From: Ascoidea asiatica JCM 7603 | Lineage: Eukaryota; Fungi; Ascomycota | Length of the DNA: 31,526 nt | Direction: 5' to 3' | NCBI GenBank assembly: GCA_001600695.1 | Contig: BCKQ01000018.1 | Coordinates: 270,194-301,719, forward strand | Shown: in pieces, positions 11,232-20,195 of the stretch | Layout: the number at the start of each line of letters is the position of its first letter | Position numbering within the stretch: position 1 is the first letter of the stretch | The notes under the pieces: model-generated | Told to the model about the DNA's origin: nothing | Databases searched by the model: none | Seen by the model: only the letters and a program-made list of their open reading frames with translations | Program-made: the position numbers and the translations under genes

Positions 11232-12191
11232 TTACTTTGACTTGAATTTAACAGGATGTTTGGATCTATGTAATTTTTCAAAATCTTTTTTATGAAGACG
11301 ATATAATAACATTGTTGCTCTAGCATCTTCAACAGATGAATGTTCACTTCCTTGAATTTCTAATCCCAAGAGTTCTTTCGTCAATTTTTTCAAACCAGGA
11401 GTTTTACCCTTTGCAAGTTCTCTAAAAGGAGGATGTCTAGAAGTATCACGAATTTGAGATTTTGGATGTGATAATAACAAGGAATTAAGATCGTGATACA
11501 CAGCATGACCAACAAGTACCCTATCTTTGAGAATTTCAGCAGCTGCCTTTTGAGCCTTTTTGAATGTTATGGCACCTTTCATATGCTCTGGACCCACACC
11601 ACTGACCCAAGTTCGCCAGTCTGTTACTCGTTCCAAAGGCTTCACAAACCGATCAAGCAAAACATGGCCGTAGAAGTTAACGATGGAGACTCTCGCCAAA
11701 GCTGATCTGCTGCCATTTCCCCCCACTCCCACAAACTCACAGTCCATAGAAACATACTTCCCGATGGCTTTTCGGTTCTCTCCGTCATCTTCATTCACAA
11801 GTGAACCACTGACACCACTCGCCACATTGCCGTCGAGGCTGATGCTGTTCTCTTTGCATCGTAATAGCTTTTCAAAGGAACTCAAACTGGTCATCTTCTT
11901 TTCGCCTTCATCATCCTTGTCTTTTATTTCAGTCTTTATCATTTTCATTGTTTTCGTCTTTGTCTTCATATTTGTCTTTATTTTTGACTTTGTTCTTTCT
12001 TTGTTTAAAACCGATATAGTCTTGTTTATTTTTAAACCATCTATTGGTTTATCCTTGGAAAATCTGCTTTTAGCCTTTTTGATCTTTTTATCCTTGCTTG
12101 AAGGTATCTGTCCCTTAGCTTTTATTGGTGTTTGATTTTTGAAATCTTTTTTCTTTTGTAGTTTTTCCCAATTTGAAGAAAAAATCATCAT
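11232..12191 (-). CDS. REX4: RNA exonuclease 4 (DEDDh 3'-5' exonuclease, pre-rRNA processing)
   Basis: N-terminal SSNW motif and Lys-rich linker. Exonuclease motifs [40 protein letters not shown] and [15 protein letters not shown]. Start could be 12191 or 12188. Confidence 0.95.
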   Translation of the reverse strand: MMIFSSNWEKLQKKKDFKNQTPIKAKGQIPSSKDKKIKKAKSRFSKDKPIDGLKINKTISVLNKERTKSKIKTNMKTKTKTMKMIKTEIKDKDDEGEKKMTSLSSFEKLLRCKENSISLDGNVASGVSGSLVNEDDGENRKAIGKYVSMDCEFVGVGGNGSRSALARVSIVNFYGHVLLDRFVKPLERVTDWRTWVSGVGPEHMKGAITFKKAQKAAAEILKDRVLVGHAVYHDLNSLLLSHPKSQIRDTSRHPPFRELAKGKTPGLKKLTKELLGLEIQGSEHSSVEDARATMLLYRLHKKDFEKLHRSKHPVKFKSK

Positions 12192-12505
12192 GCTTTCTTC
12201 ATTATCATTATAAATAAGAGTTTAAATATAAGCACTGATGCCAATACAGATTGAAATGATTATTGTAACTGATTTCCAAACATTTTGAATATCAAAATTG
12301 TTTAACGATTGTTAAAAAATCGTTTTTTCCTTCTCAAAATTATTAATCTTTTACAGCCATTGTATCACAGCAGCGTTAACCTAAAAAAAAACTAACGTTT
12401 TTTTCAAAAACAAAACTATATTACATAATCATCAAAGCGACCGTTAAACTGGATTCATATAGAAACATTTTCCGTCCGCAAAAACTGTACTTCAAAACTG
12501 AAACG

Positions 12506-12519
12506 GATGAGCAATTTCA
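12506..12519 (-). promoter_or_regulatory. Short RRPE-like plus PAC element pair upstream of REX4
   Basis: Minus strand reads TGAAATT-GCTCATC about 315 bp upstream of the REX4 ATG. RRPE followed by PAC is the known arrangement in ribosome-biogenesis promoters. The RRPE match is partial. Confidence 0.4.
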
Positions 12520-13245
12520 GCCTCGGGAAACAAATTATGCGTTACTTTTATGCAACTTCTACGCAAGTTCAAGATCAGGTAGTTAAAAAATTATTGCTAT
12601 ACACAGTCCCTTTTGGTTTCTTAGCCAACAACAACCTTATTCAATTTTGGCCTTGTTATCGTGTAGTGTGGCGCATGTTATTTTTATAGCAAAGCTCACC
12701 CTGCATATATTGGCATTTTTATGCAAGTTATAATGGAAATATATAAGTTTGAGACCTTGTTTTCAGCACCTTTGCAGATTCTTTTCTTTATTCATTTGTT
12801 ATTCAGTTGTATAAGCACTCCCGATTTGGAATTTTGTTACTTATAAAGCTTTCAAAATATTGACTATATTTGTTTTTATTCTGAGTGCTTATTTTAAATC
12901 TCAGACTTGTCTCTTTAATGATCAAAACAATAATTATAAAATTCTAATAGAATCTATAAGAATATTGAAGATTATGGCAATATTAAATTTTTATTGCTAG
13001 TATATGAGGATATCCTGAAAAAAATTTTTGATTGAAAATTGTGAAAAAAAGGGAAGCAAAATGATGAAAATAAAAAATATGTATAAAGGTATCTAATTCC
13101 ATTCATAATCGATTTTTTATGTTAACTTTACTTTTAAAATGAATACATTTAAATATATTGTATATTCAATATAGTGATATACTGTACAAATAAATACTAA
13201 AAGGTAGGTTTATTGACAGAATTCAGTTTTAAATAATTTTTGAAA

Positions 13246-14826
13246 ATGAAGACTTATATTTATACACTAGCTATTTTAGCTTTAATAAAAACTATAATAT
13301 GTAAAACTTTTTCAACAATTGAAATCAAAGGTAATGCATTTTTTGATTCAACTTCTGGTGAAAGATTTTATATAAGAGGTGTTGATTATCAACCCGGTGG
13401 TTCTTCAGAGCTATCTGATCCTTTAATAAATAAAACAATTTGTGAAAGGGATATAACTTATTTCAAAGATTTAGGAGTTAATACAATAAGAGTTTATTCT
13501 GTTGATAATACTAAAAATCATGACTATTGTATGAATTTATTAAAAAATGCTGGAATTTACTTAGTTTTAGATGTTAATTTACCTGGTGTATCTTTAAATA
13601 GAGATTCTACTCAAATTAGTTGTTCTTATAATCAATATTATTTAAGAGAACTATTTGCAACAATTGATTCTTTTAAAGATTATGCAAATACGTTAGCTTT
13701 TTTTGCTTCAAATGAAGTTATTAATGATGCTTCAACAACATCTGCAGCTCCATATGTAAAAGCTGTAATTAGAGATTTGAAAACATATATAAAAGATAGA
13801 AATTATAGAAAAATTCCAGTAGGATATTCTGCAGCAGATGTTATTGAAAATAGGTTGGAAGTTGCAGAATACTTAAATTGTGGTGATAATGAATTAGAAA
13901 GAGCTGATTTTTTAGGTATTAATGATTATTCGTGGTGTGGTGAATCAACTATGAAAGTTTCTGGTTGGGATATAAAAATGGAAATTTATTCAAATTATTC
14001 AATTCCAATTTTTTTATCTGAATTTGGTTGTAATGCAGTTTCTGATACAACTGGAAGACCTTTTAATGAAATTCAAAGTTTATACTCAACTAAAATGTCT
14101 TCAGTTTTTTCTGGTGGCTTAGTTTATGAATATTCAATGGAATCTAATGATTATGGTCTTGTTGAAATAATTGATGATAATACTGTTGAAAAATTAGTAG
14201 ATTATACTAATTTAAAAACTATGTATACATCTGTTACAAATCCAGAGGGTGATGGAGGTTATTCTGATGATAATTCTTACTCAACTTGTCCAATTGAATC
14301 TTCTGAATGGGCTGTTGATGGAGATGATTTACCTGAAACACCCGAAGGTGCTGAGCAATATTTCATAGACGGTGTTGATGTAAGCTTTGGATTTGAGCTT
14401 CAAAATTCTCAATGGATGTGTTATTCTGGCGCTGAAGAAGATGCTGAAAAAGAATACAATATTAAGACCGTTTCTAGATCTAATGATTCCTCTGAATCAG
14501 ATACAACAGACTCTGTTTCTTATGAAATTGATTTGAGTTCCACTACTTCAACCAGTTCAAAATCGACTTCATCTACTAAAAAAGGTTCGACTGCCACTGA
14601 TTATTCTAATGAAAGCATTAATTCGGATTCTAATACAGATTCTTTTTCGGATTCCGTATTGGATTCTAACTCAGATTCTACATTATCTGCTTATTTATCC
14701 ATGTCTTCTGGGGCTGCCAATATCCTTCAAAATCCTGTTAAATTCAATTTTGATAAAAATTATATGATAATTCAAATCTTTATTATTGGTTTTATTTCCT
14801 TATTAATTATTTTAACTAGATTATAA
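13246..14826 (+). CDS. GAS5: GPI-anchored 1,3-beta-glucanosyltransferase, GH72 without Cys-box (Gas5 type), 526 aa
   Basis: ATG at 13246 (the track start 13240 is a TTG). Signal peptide; IEIKGNAFF...GERFYIRGVDYQPGGSS resembles Gas5; catalytic Glu motifs FASNEVIN and FLSEFGCN; Ser/Thr-rich tail; hydrophobic C-terminal GPI signal. Confidence 0.9.
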   Translation: MKTYIYTLAILALIKTIICKTFSTIEIKGNAFFDSTSGERFYIRGVDYQPGGSSELSDPLINKTICERDITYFKDLGVNTIRVYSVDNTKNHDYCMNLLKNAGIYLVLDVNLPGVSLNRDSTQISCSYNQYYLRELFATIDSFKDYANTLAFFASNEVINDASTTSAAPYVKAVIRDLKTYIKDRNYRKIPVGYSAADVIENRLEVAEYLNCGDNELERADFLGINDYSWCGESTMKVSGWDIKMEIYSNYSIPIFLSEFGCNAVSDTTGRPFNEIQSLYSTKMSSVFSGGLVYEYSMESNDYGLVEIIDDNTVEKLVDYTNLKTMYTSVTNPEGDGGYSDDNSYSTCPIESSEWAVDGDDLPETPEGAEQYFIDGVDVSFGFELQNSQWMCYSGAEEDAEKEYNIKTVSRSNDSSESDTTDSVSYEIDLSSTTSTSSKSTSSTKKGSTATDYSNESINSDSNTDSFSDSVLDSNSDSTLSAYLSMSSGAANILQNPVKFNFDKNYMIIQIFIIGFISLLIILTRL

Positions 14827-15424
14827 ACTCATAATAGCTACTTTTGTTTTTTTCATTTCACAATTCTTGCATTATTAAACTCATTCATAGATTTGTTTTT
14901 TTAGAAATTTGCATTTGCCTATTTTATTATTATCTGCTTTTCAAACATTTTGCTCTTCTTTTTTTTTAATCTTTATCTAATCATCATTCAAAACTATTTG
15001 AATTCTTAATTTGCTTTTTATATTTATTGTAAAATTGTAGTAATAAACATACTTTTTAAAAAATTTTAATCTTGATTCTGAATGGGTTTTGAAATTGGTG
15101 AAAAATATTCATAAAAATTATATTTTATTTTATTTTGCAAAACTTCTGCTTTTATATAAGTATAAATGTAAAAAAAAAACAAAAAAAATTATATTTTCAA
15201 ATAAATAGAATACACTAGATATGCGCTGAAATCTGAATCAAAAATCTAAAGTAATTAAAATTAGGAACAGTGTTGAAATGAATTGAAATGAAAAAATAGA
15301 ACTTGTTCATGAGTATTATATTACAACTTAATAGAAAAAAAAATTAACCAACAAATTCCCCGAAAAATAAAAATAAATAAAATAGAAAAGGTAAAAAATC
15401 AAGAACAATACAAGAGAAAACTCT

Positions 15425-18400
15425 TTAACTCCTTCTTTTTCTTTCACTTCTTTGTAAAAATTTTGAATTCATGCTAGTTATTAACTTCGGAGTCCCGTTA
15501 CGATTTTTTGTGGAACGAACATCATTTTCTTTTTTATTATTTCCCCTACTAAAACTACTGGTTCTAACAGAACTTGGAACAGTTCCATTATATGTTTTGA
15601 AATCGTTACTTGAAAGGTTCACATCAGATTTCAGATTGGAAACTTTCGAAAAATTCTCAGAATTTTCACTATTGACAATTTGCTTAATACTAGAGATTGA
15701 TTTTGAATGCAATCTCAGAACTGGATTAGGGTCACTTGGAGACACATTGGAAGATTTCCGGTTTTCAATTTTTTCCATAGTTGGTAACTGTTTGAAAAAA
15801 GGATTAGAAAATTGAGTACTATTGGGAGAACTTGAAGCAGATTGACCAAAGAATCTAATTGAAGAAGGAGGAAGGCCATAAGCTAGATTATTATTTGTCA
15901 ATGGTTTGCTGTTAGAATGTCTATGATTCACCATAGCAGATTTCGAATTTAACTTTGTGTCTAACATTCTTTCACGTTTGGTAACATTTCCAGAGCTTTT
16001 AGAAGAACGATGAAATGATTGTTGAGGTCGAGCATAAAAATTAGAAACTTTGGCATTTTCAGGCTGAATAGTTTTTTTACTCTGAATATAATAATCCAGA
16101 ATATCAGAGTCTCTTGAAGATCGTCTTGATTTATCTACAGTATCAGATGAAGAAGATTCAATGACACTATTGATACTCCCATTGGTAGCTGTAGAAAGAC
16201 CATTAAATGTGCCAATAGTAGGAGAACTCTTGGATATCGGAGCAGAATTGCTAACAGATTGATTAGAAGCTAGTAAGGCGGCATTTAAAGCGGCTTCTTT
16301 TCCTGTTCTCATACCAGCGCCAGCTGGGGGATCATTTTCTATGAATTTTTTGAGATTCAGATTTTGAAAGTTATTTTTTGCTTGAAGAATTGTTACCGTC
16401 CAAGAATTAATATTGTATTTTGGTACTTCAATAATGACTGTGTCATTAACTGATTCTATTGCAAAAATTCCATTTTCATTATTAGATAAATTTGTTTTCT
16501 TATCAAATACTACTTCTTTAATTCTAATCATAGGATGAGATAAATCAATCTCTGTTCTTAAAATATATACTTCATTTGAGGATTGAGGTACAGGGCTTGT
16601 TGTATTTATGCTACTTCTTTTACGAGAAAAGAAAAGAGCTCTAGCAAATGAGGTTATCACAACAGTTCTTAGTTTTCTAGATATAGGAGGTGCACCTGTG
16701 GATCCAAAAGGTTTATGGAAAAGTTTTTTGAAAGTTGAATTTTTGCTGGAAGTTTGATTATCGGCTTTTTCTCTGTTATTCTTATTTTCCGTAACTTTTG
16801 AAGATTCCGAACTGTTTAAATCATTGAAATGAGTGATAGCCTTATCACCAATAGAACTATAGACGCTACTGTTCAGCTTTGAATCTGTGGCTGAATTTTT
16901 CCTTAGGCCGGAAGAGGTTCCGTTGGCCACCTTAGTAAGAAGACTGTAACTCGAATTTCCATTGGATTGAGAGCCAGATCTTAAGCTATAAGAAAGTGGA
17001 GAGTCAATCAACATTCCTTTATATTTCTTTTCAAATAGATCTGTAGGAGTAAAATTAAGTGAAACATCATCCACCTTGAAAACTCTTTCATCAGGATGTT
17101 TTAAAAAATGTGCCCAAAAAATATCTGTGGAGTTCATTGGTTGAACAGTGTCTTTTGAGGAAATTTTAGAAAGGGGTGAAGGACAATTTGCTTCAATATT
17201 ATCCAAAGGACCTAAATTTTTATCATCATTAGAATAATCAATAAAGCCCGATTTTTCCGAATTGAGAATACCATTGTTTACATTTATAGTGCCGTTGTCG
17301 TAGATTTTATTTGATGTAGAAGAGCCATCGACAGCTTTGATAGTGGTAGTTAGTTTTACGGTTGATGATTTTATTGCATCTTTGGAATCATAGTTTAAAG
17401 CAGCTGCAGCTGCAGTTTGAGCATTTTTCTTAATAGTTTCAGCTTTTGATTGATCTGATTTTTTGATAGAAATCCTACTTCCATTTATATTATCTCTAGA
17501 TGCTTTTGTAGATCTACCAAAGTCTTTTGCACTTGCAGATCTTTGCGACAAAAAAGGGGGAGGATTTACCTTTCCAGCTTTTGAAGTTGGTCTTGATTTT
17601 GGCATTTGTTTCATTGATTTGGCAGAAAACTTATAAGGACTGATTTCTGGGCCTGGGTAATACCAAACAGATTTTTCAGTATCAAGCCAATCAATGCCTT
17701 CAAAAAAATAGTGATTTTTGATACCTGAAAGACTTAATCTTTTTTCAGGTTGAATAACTAAAATTTGTTTCAATAAATCTCTAATTATTGAAGGAAAACC
17801 TGCTGTAAAAGAATATTTAAGTTTCATGATTAATTGAAAAGTTAAGTATTCATTAGCAGCTTTAAAAGGAGGCTTTCCAGCAATCATTTGATAAAGGATG
17901 CAACCAAAAGCCCAAATATCACTTGCTTTTCCAGTGTATTTATTATTCAATAGCTCGGGAGACACATATTCAGCAGTTCCAACAAAAGATTTAGCCTTTG
18001 TATCTTTAGGATAATCATCAGTACCAGGTAGTTTTGATAATAATTTTGCGGTACCAAAATCAGTAATTTCAATTCTATTATGAGAATCTAATAAAATATT
18101 TTCAGGTTTTAAATCTCTATGAATTACACCATTTTTATGCATAAAATTGATTGCATCCAAAATTTGTGCAGAATAGTATCTTGTTGAATTCTCATTTAAA
18201 GAACCATATTTTTTTAATAAGGATAATAATTCACCATTTGGAGCATAATCAAGCACAAAATATAAAGACGCTTCATCTTGAAATGTGAAGAATAGGTTAA
18301 CAGTACCATGATTTTTCATATTTTCTTTTCTATTAACTAAACATAATCTATTTAAAGCATCTTTTTCCACATTAACATATCTAACTTTCTTTTCTTTGAT

Positions 18401-18697
18401 AATATGAGCTTTATCTAAAACTTTGATTGCATATAATTTCGAATTATTTTTATCAGTTGCTAAAATTACAGTCGAATATGACCCTTCTCCAAGAGTTTTA
18501 CCGAATTTAAAATCTTTTACAGATCTTTTTATTATTCTTGTAGTTAATTCACCATTGGAATTTTTGACAGTTTTAATTAATTTTGCAGCACCTCTTTCAT
18601 TCCAATCATCATCGCTATTCATGGATTTTTCTGGAGTTATAGAAACTGAGGATGGAATCTCTAACGAATCCAAAGTATTTGTAGTTATTATGCTCAT
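15425..18697 (-). CDS. PKH2: PDK1-like Ser/Thr kinase Pkh1/Pkh2 (1090 aa)
   Basis: DFKFGKTLGEGSYSTV, YAIKVL, HRDLKPENILL, DFGTAK, SFVGTAEYVSPELL and GKPPFKAANEYLTFQ are PDK1/Pkh hallmarks, followed by a long Ser/Asn-rich C-terminus. PKH1 and PKH2 cannot be distinguished by eye. Confidence 0.92.
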   Translation of the reverse strand: MSIITTNTLDSLEIPSSVSITPEKSMNSDDDWNERGAAKLIKTVKNSNGELTTRIIKRSVKDFKFGKTLGEGSYSTVILATDKNNSKLYAIKVLDKAHIIKEKKVRYVNVEKDALNRLCLVNRKENMKNHGTVNLFFTFQDEASLYFVLDYAPNGELLSLLKKYGSLNENSTRYYSAQILDAINFMHKNGVIHRDLKPENILLDSHNRIEITDFGTAKLLSKLPGTDDYPKDTKAKSFVGTAEYVSPELLNNKYTGKASDIWAFGCILYQMIAGKPPFKAANEYLTFQLIMKLKYSFTAGFPSIIRDLLKQILVIQPEKRLSLSGIKNHYFFEGIDWLDTEKSVWYYPGPEISPYKFSAKSMKQMPKSRPTSKAGKVNPPPFLSQRSASAKDFGRSTKASRDNINGSRISIKKSDQSKAETIKKNAQTAAAAALNYDSKDAIKSSTVKLTTTIKAVDGSSTSNKIYDNGTINVNNGILNSEKSGFIDYSNDDKNLGPLDNIEANCPSPLSKISSKDTVQPMNSTDIFWAHFLKHPDERVFKVDDVSLNFTPTDLFEKKYKGMLIDSPLSYSLRSGSQSNGNSSYSLLTKVANGTSSGLRKNSATDSKLNSSVYSSIGDKAITHFNDLNSSESSKVTENKNNREKADNQTSSKNSTFKKLFHKPFGSTGAPPISRKLRTVVITSFARALFFSRKRSSINTTSPVPQSSNEVYILRTEIDLSHPMIRIKEVVFDKKTNLSNNENGIFAIESVNDTVIIEVPKYNINSWTVTILQAKNNFQNLNLKKFIENDPPAGAGMRTGKEAALNAALLASNQSVSNSAPISKSSPTIGTFNGLSTATNGSINSVIESSSSDTVDKSRRSSRDSDILDYYIQSKKTIQPENAKVSNFYARPQQSFHRSSKSSGNVTKRERMLDTKLNSKSAMVNHRHSNSKPLTNNNLAYGLPPSSIRFFGQSASSSPNSTQFSNPFFKQLPTMEKIENRKSSNVSPSDPNPVLRLHSKSISSIKQIVNSENSENFSKVSNLKSDVNLSSNDFKTYNGTVPSSVRTSSFSRGNNKKENDVRSTKNRNGTPKLITSMNSKFLQRSERKRRS

Positions 18698-18891
18698 TGT
18701 GATTTTGACTTTATAAAATTTATTGAAATCTAGTATATAAATTTAAGATGATTGCTTATGTAATATTTTTTCCTTATTTTTTTTTCTTGACAGTGAAAAT
18801 AATTATTTGGGTTATAAATTCTCGGTCCTTTATTGAATAATTAATATTTGATTGAATTAGTGAATAGGCTTGAAGAAAAAAACTAAAATAT

Positions 18892-18929
18892 AAATAAAAC
18901 ACAACAAATCAAATAAAACACAACAAATC
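18892..18929. repeat. Perfect tandem duplication, 2 x 19 bp (AAATAAAACACAACAAATC)
   Basis: Copies at 18892-18910 and 18911-18929, upstream of PKH. Confidence 0.85.
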
Positions 18930-19845
18930 AAATTTAAATGAAACGAAATAAACTTGAACAAAATCAACTAAAATAGATAAATAAATAAATTAAATTAAGT
19001 TGAATATGGACTTTTGTAATCTTATATCATTATTATGATGTGAAGCCTTTTAAGGTTAAATTTTTTGATTTGGAAAATATGAATACGGATGATATTTGAT
19101 TTAAAAAAAAAACTTCAGTAAAGAAAAGGAGAAATCAATCAAACAAAACCTTGTATATATTTTATGTCTATTAATGAAAATAGTATTGGTCTAAAACAAC
19201 TAAAGAAAAGGAAGGATTGATTATTATTTGAAGATACAATTTGAGCAAAGTTGATCAAATTAAATAAAAATAATCTAAAATTATTTCTCTTTGATTATTA
19301 CTTGAAAGCCAGAAGGAGAGCAAAGAATAATGAAATTCTTCGAAATAAGTTAGTCAATTGTAGTTTGAATAATTAATATCCTATATTGAATGAAATTTTA
19401 TTAATAATTACTAAAATAAAAGATTGGTTGATTAATAGAGATGAAAATATGTTAATAAACTGAGATTGACAATAACAAAGTCAAAAAGATAATGTAGACA
19501 TTCTCATAGCAGTTATCGGTTTTCTCATACAAGTTTCTTAGGAGTAGAATAATCTACATGGTAATCGTAATTTTCTCTACAGCGCTGTAGAAAAGTTGTA
19601 ACAGCCACTGCCAATACATTCAAGGAGGCGCAAGAAAGCAGGGTAAGTGGCCCAAGGTGGAATGCCGAATATCCTTAAACCGGCCCGGTTTGAAGTCTGC
19701 AGGAATTGGTCGAATTCCCGGGGTTTCCAGTAAATGCACGTGTGATCTTTAGCCCTCCCCTCGGGTGGAGTGTTTAAAATTTTCCTAACCTAATCTGAAA
19801 AAGTTAGGATTTAGAGCCCAATTTTCGAAAAGTTAAAAAATAAAT

Positions 19846-20023
19846 ATCACGTGAAGTCACGGGATATTAAAATTTTAAAAAAAAACATTTCGCTTATGCG
19901 AATTTTCATGTGTATTTTTCTTCTATAAATCACGTAGACTATTATCTGTACTTGTAGAAAAGTGCTAAAATAAAGAACATTAGAACTAAGCTTTAAAATC
20001 AATTGAAAATACGATCACGTGAT
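19846..20023. promoter_or_regulatory. Array of Cbf1/CDEI-type E-boxes
   Basis: ATCACGTGA 19846-19854, ATCACGTA 19929-19936 and ATCACGTGAT 20014-20023. Also GTCACGGG 19856-19863 and an outlying CACGTG at 19737-19742. RTCACRTG is the Cbf1 consensus. Confidence 0.6.
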
Positions 20024-20063
20024 TCAAAAGTTAGGTAGTTAGGATAGGTATTTCGAGACTTTG

Positions 20064-20092
20064 AAAGTTAGGTTAGGACCTAACCTAACTTT
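20064..20092. repeat. Perfect 14-bp inverted repeat with 1-nt spacer
   Basis: AAAGTTAGGTTAGG-A-CCTAACCTAACTTT. Confidence 0.95.
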
Positions 20093-20186
20093 TAAACACT
20101 AGGTGCACCAAAAGCAGTCTTTTCAAAATAAATATACCATTCCTTTGGATCCATCGGGTGCCAATTCAAACTTCCGCAGGAGCGTA

Positions 20187-20195
20187 ATGAGTCAT
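20187..20195. promoter_or_regulatory. Gcn4/AP-1-type site ATGAGTCAT
   Basis: Perfect match to ATGA(C/G)TCAT in the divergent PKH/SUN intergenic region. Confidence 0.45.

Larger units (their letters stand above)
19768..20101. mobile_element. Putative non-autonomous TIR element (MITE, hAT-like ends)
   Basis: TIR AGTGTTTAAAA (19769-19779) / TTTTAAACACT (20090-20100). The right end reads TAGTG inward, matching the hAT YARNG start; the left reads GAGTG. Nine TTAGG/CCTAA pentamers lie within the two ~70-bp subtermini. No coding capacity. GGTG flanks both sides (19764-19767, 20102-20105), but there is no intact 8-bp TSD. Confidence 0.55.

Noticed and set aside
11493-12135. Plus-strand ORFs of 70 and 150 aa over REX4
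   Set aside because: Antisense to a conserved gene; the hydrophobic F/I/V runs mirror the Lys-rich codons of REX4.
12507-12689. 60-aa ORF between REX4 and GAS5
   Set aside because: No recognisable homology; it overlaps probable promoter motifs and its length is compatible with chance.
15471-18716. Plus-strand ORFs overlapping PKH
   Set aside because: Antisense shadows of the kinase gene.
19641-19728. tRNA-like look (TGGCCCAAGGTGG A-box-like, GGTCGAATTCC B-box-like)
   Set aside because: No acceptor stem or cloverleaf can be built, and the B-box lacks GTTCRA. Nearby resemblances to the U1 5' end and SRP helix 8 are also inexact.
19737-19840. Canonical point centromere (CACGTG ... CDEIII-like TTTTCGAAAAGTTAAAAAA)
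   Set aside because: The spacer is ~70 bp and partly GC-rich rather than >90% AT, the essential CCG is TCG, and the left CDEIII half is absent. Kept only as a non-canonical hypothesis.
20026-20092. Interstitial telomere or telomere-fusion remnant
   Set aside because: At most two tandem TTAGG units per arm, dispersed and tied to the TIR structure; this species' telomere repeat is unknown from the window.
20064-20103. Helitron 3' end (hairpin followed by CTAG)
   Set aside because: CTAG is followed by G rather than the target T, no matching 5' A|TC end was identified, and TIRs explain the boundaries better.
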